Positions 30,442 through 32,000 of a DNA stretch of 32,000 nucleotides are shown piece after piece. The stretch comes from Zymomonas mobilis subsp. mobilis ATCC 10988. GTDB lineage: Bacteria; Pseudomonadota; Alphaproteobacteria; Sphingomonadales; Sphingomonadaceae. The DNA is taken from assembly GCF_000175255.2 (NCBI RefSeq), contig NC_017262.1, forward strand, positions 1,650,001 through 1,682,000, read 5' to 3'. Position numbers and translations under genes: made by a program. Position 1 is the first letter of the stretch, and every line of letters starts with the position of its first letter. Below the pieces are notes generated by a model. The model was given only the letters and a program-made list of their open reading frames with translations. It was not told the DNA's origin and did not search any database.

Positions 30442-31563
30442 TTAGGCCTTGCGGGTCTGCTTAAGATATTTTTTGACCGCTTTTTTAAAAACGGTGGGCA
30501 GACCGGCAAGGTCGATTTCATCAATCGGCCAATATTCACCCTCGATCATATCGCTAGTCGTTTCAGCGGAAAAAATCCGCAATTCCAAAGCAAAATGCGT
30601 AAAAATATGCTCAATATGACCTTGTTTTTCCCAAGCCAGAGTCATTAGATTTTTTTGCGCCTGCGCTGGAAAGGACGGGAAGGCTTCTTTTATAGCCTGC
30701 TGCTCTGTTTCGGCATCACTGGCTGTTGTGGTGATTTTGGATTGATCGAGCCATTCGCTGCTCGGCAACGCCCTCATGCCACCCAATAAGCCTTTATCCG
30801 GTCTCCGGATCAGTAAAATCTGATCTTTGGATGTAACGATAAAGGCATATCCAATCCGTGTTGGACGTATTTTTTTCGGGGCTTTGATCGGGAAAACTGC
30901 CGGATTACCTGTTTTTTGTCCTTCGCAATGGGGCATCATTGGGCAAATCGCACAGGTGGGTTGCCGATTGACGCAGATTGTCGCGCCAATATCCATCATC
31001 GCTTGAGCAAAATCACCCGCTGCTGAATCTGGCGTTAATTTGTCGGTTTCCTCGGCGATAATCGGACGGGAAGCGGGTAAGGGCGTTTCAATAGCAAAAA
31101 GGCGACTAACCACTCTTTCGACATTGGCATCGACCACAACCGCTCTTTTCCCAAAGGCAATCGCCACAATCGCGGCGGCGGTATAGCGACCGATACCGGG
31201 TAATGCCAGTAAGCCCTGCTCATTATCAGGAAATTTACCGCCTGAAGCGACCACTTCCTTGGCGCATTTAATCAGGTTTCTGGCGCGGCTATAATATCCC
31301 AAACCAGCCCATTCAGCCATAACATCAGCTTCTTGGGCGGCCGCCAAGGCTTCGACCGTTGGCCATCTTTCGACAAATTTTAAATAATAAGGCGCGGCAT
31401 GGGCGGTTGTCGTCTGCTGTAGCATGATTTCCGATAACCAGACCCGATAGGGATCGACTTTATTTTGCTGGGCTTCTGTCCGCCAAGGCAAAATACGGGC
31501 ATGGCGTTGATACCAGTTAAGAAGATCAGTGGTTATTTCACGATAAACAGCAGATTTTTGCAT
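30442..31563 (-). CDS. mutY: A/G-specific adenine glycosylase
   Basis: ILPWR, YRVWLSEIMLQQTT, LPGIGRYTAAAIVAIAFGKRAVVVDANVERVVSRLFAI, and a 4Fe-4S CX6CX2CX5C pattern (CPICPMMPHC region). Confidence 0.96.
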   Translation of the reverse strand: MQKSAVYREITTDLLNWYQRHARILPWRTEAQQNKVDPYRVWLSEIMLQQTTTAHAAPYYLKFVERWPTVEALAAAQEADVMAEWAGLGYYSRARNLIKCAKEVVASGGKFPDNEQGLLALPGIGRYTAAAIVAIAFGKRAVVVDANVERVVSRLFAIETPLPASRPIIAEETDKLTPDSAAGDFAQAMMDIGATICVNRQPTCAICPMMPHCEGQKTGNPAVFPIKAPKKIRPTRIGYAFIVTSKDQILLIRRPDKGLLGGMRALPSSEWLDQSKITTTASDAETEQQAIKEAFPSFPAQAQKNLMTLAWEKQGHIEHIFTHFALELRIFSAETTSDMIEGEYWPIDEIDLAGLPTVFKKAVKKYLKQTRKA

Positions 31564-31597
31564 AACACTCTATCGACGGAGAAGGATAAATTGTGGC

Positions 31598-32000
31598 ATG
31601 ACCTTTGTCATGGATAAAGGCAAGTCATCTTCTGTTAGAACTTCCAATACAGAAGAAAGAAACAACGCCACCCTTTCTAAAAAGAAAATACCTGCGAAAA
31701 AAAGATCAGGGAAGGTGGCCTCAAAAAGCAAAAAACTTGTCATCGACCATGATAAAAGGCGGTGCAGGTTAAGCTCGGTCGGGCAATTATTGCCCCATAT
31801 TGGCGGAGCCGCCTTTCGTCGCTTCGGTTTTTTGCATTCTACTCTGATAAGTCGTTGGCCATTGGTGGTCGGTGAAAAATATGCCCGTTTGTCGGTGCCT
31901 GAATCAATCCGTTTTCCTTTCGGTCAGACTGTAGGCGGAACATTGACGGTTGCGGCCGAAGGCGCAATGGTTACTTTGATGCAGCATATTACGCCTGCGA
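31598..32000 (+). CDS. DUF721 / DciA-like protein, N-terminal part (3' end outside window)
   Basis: Open frame to the window end: MTFVMDKGKSSSVRTSNTEERNNATLSKKKIPAKKRSG...LLPHIGGAAFRRFGFLHSTLISRWPLVVGEKYARLSVPESIRFPFGQTVGGTLTVAAEGAMVTLMQHITPA. Missing from the ORF track because it has no stop. Start could be 31598 or 31610. Confidence 0.72.
   Translation, partial: MTFVMDKGKSSSVRTSNTEERNNATLSKKKIPAKKRSGKVASKSKKLVIDHDKRRCRLSSVGQLLPHIGGAAFRRFGFLHSTLISRWPLVVGEKYARLSVPESIRFPFGQTVGGTLTVAAEGAMVTLMQHITPA

Overview
The window looks like ordinary chromosomal core sequence from a sphingomonad-type alphaproteobacterium. Gene content and order suggest Zymomonas mobilis, but this is inference and no database search was run. 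In order it carries: lolA 3' end; an AT-rich ~1.1 kb spacer; xthA; ribA; a divergent HxlR-regulator / zinc-type oxidoreductase pair; an L,D-transpeptidase; a TonB-dependent receptor; aroC, fabI and a YihY/BrkB protein; a DnaJ-like chaperone; a dihydroorotase; ygfZ; purA and hisZ; serA and serC; an asparaginase / aspartate 4-decarboxylase / aspartate:alanine antiporter cluster; an extensin-like protein; a LOG-family gene; prephenate dehydratase; mutY; and the 5' end of a DUF721/DciA-like gene. Two nearly identical 847-bp IS5-type (IS427-like) insertion sequences lie in the same orientation. One splits an intrinsic terminator hairpin downstream of the oxidoreductase gene. The other interrupts the LOG-family gene, whose reading frame is restored exactly when the IS and one TA duplication are removed. 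I found no CRISPR array, toxin-antitoxin system, prophage, defence island or convincing new multi-gene system. The best second-look items are the hairpin-splitting IS, the serC leader structure, an orphan terminator that may end a small RNA between lolA and xthA, the Asn/Asp/Ala cluster, and a few structured intergenic regions.
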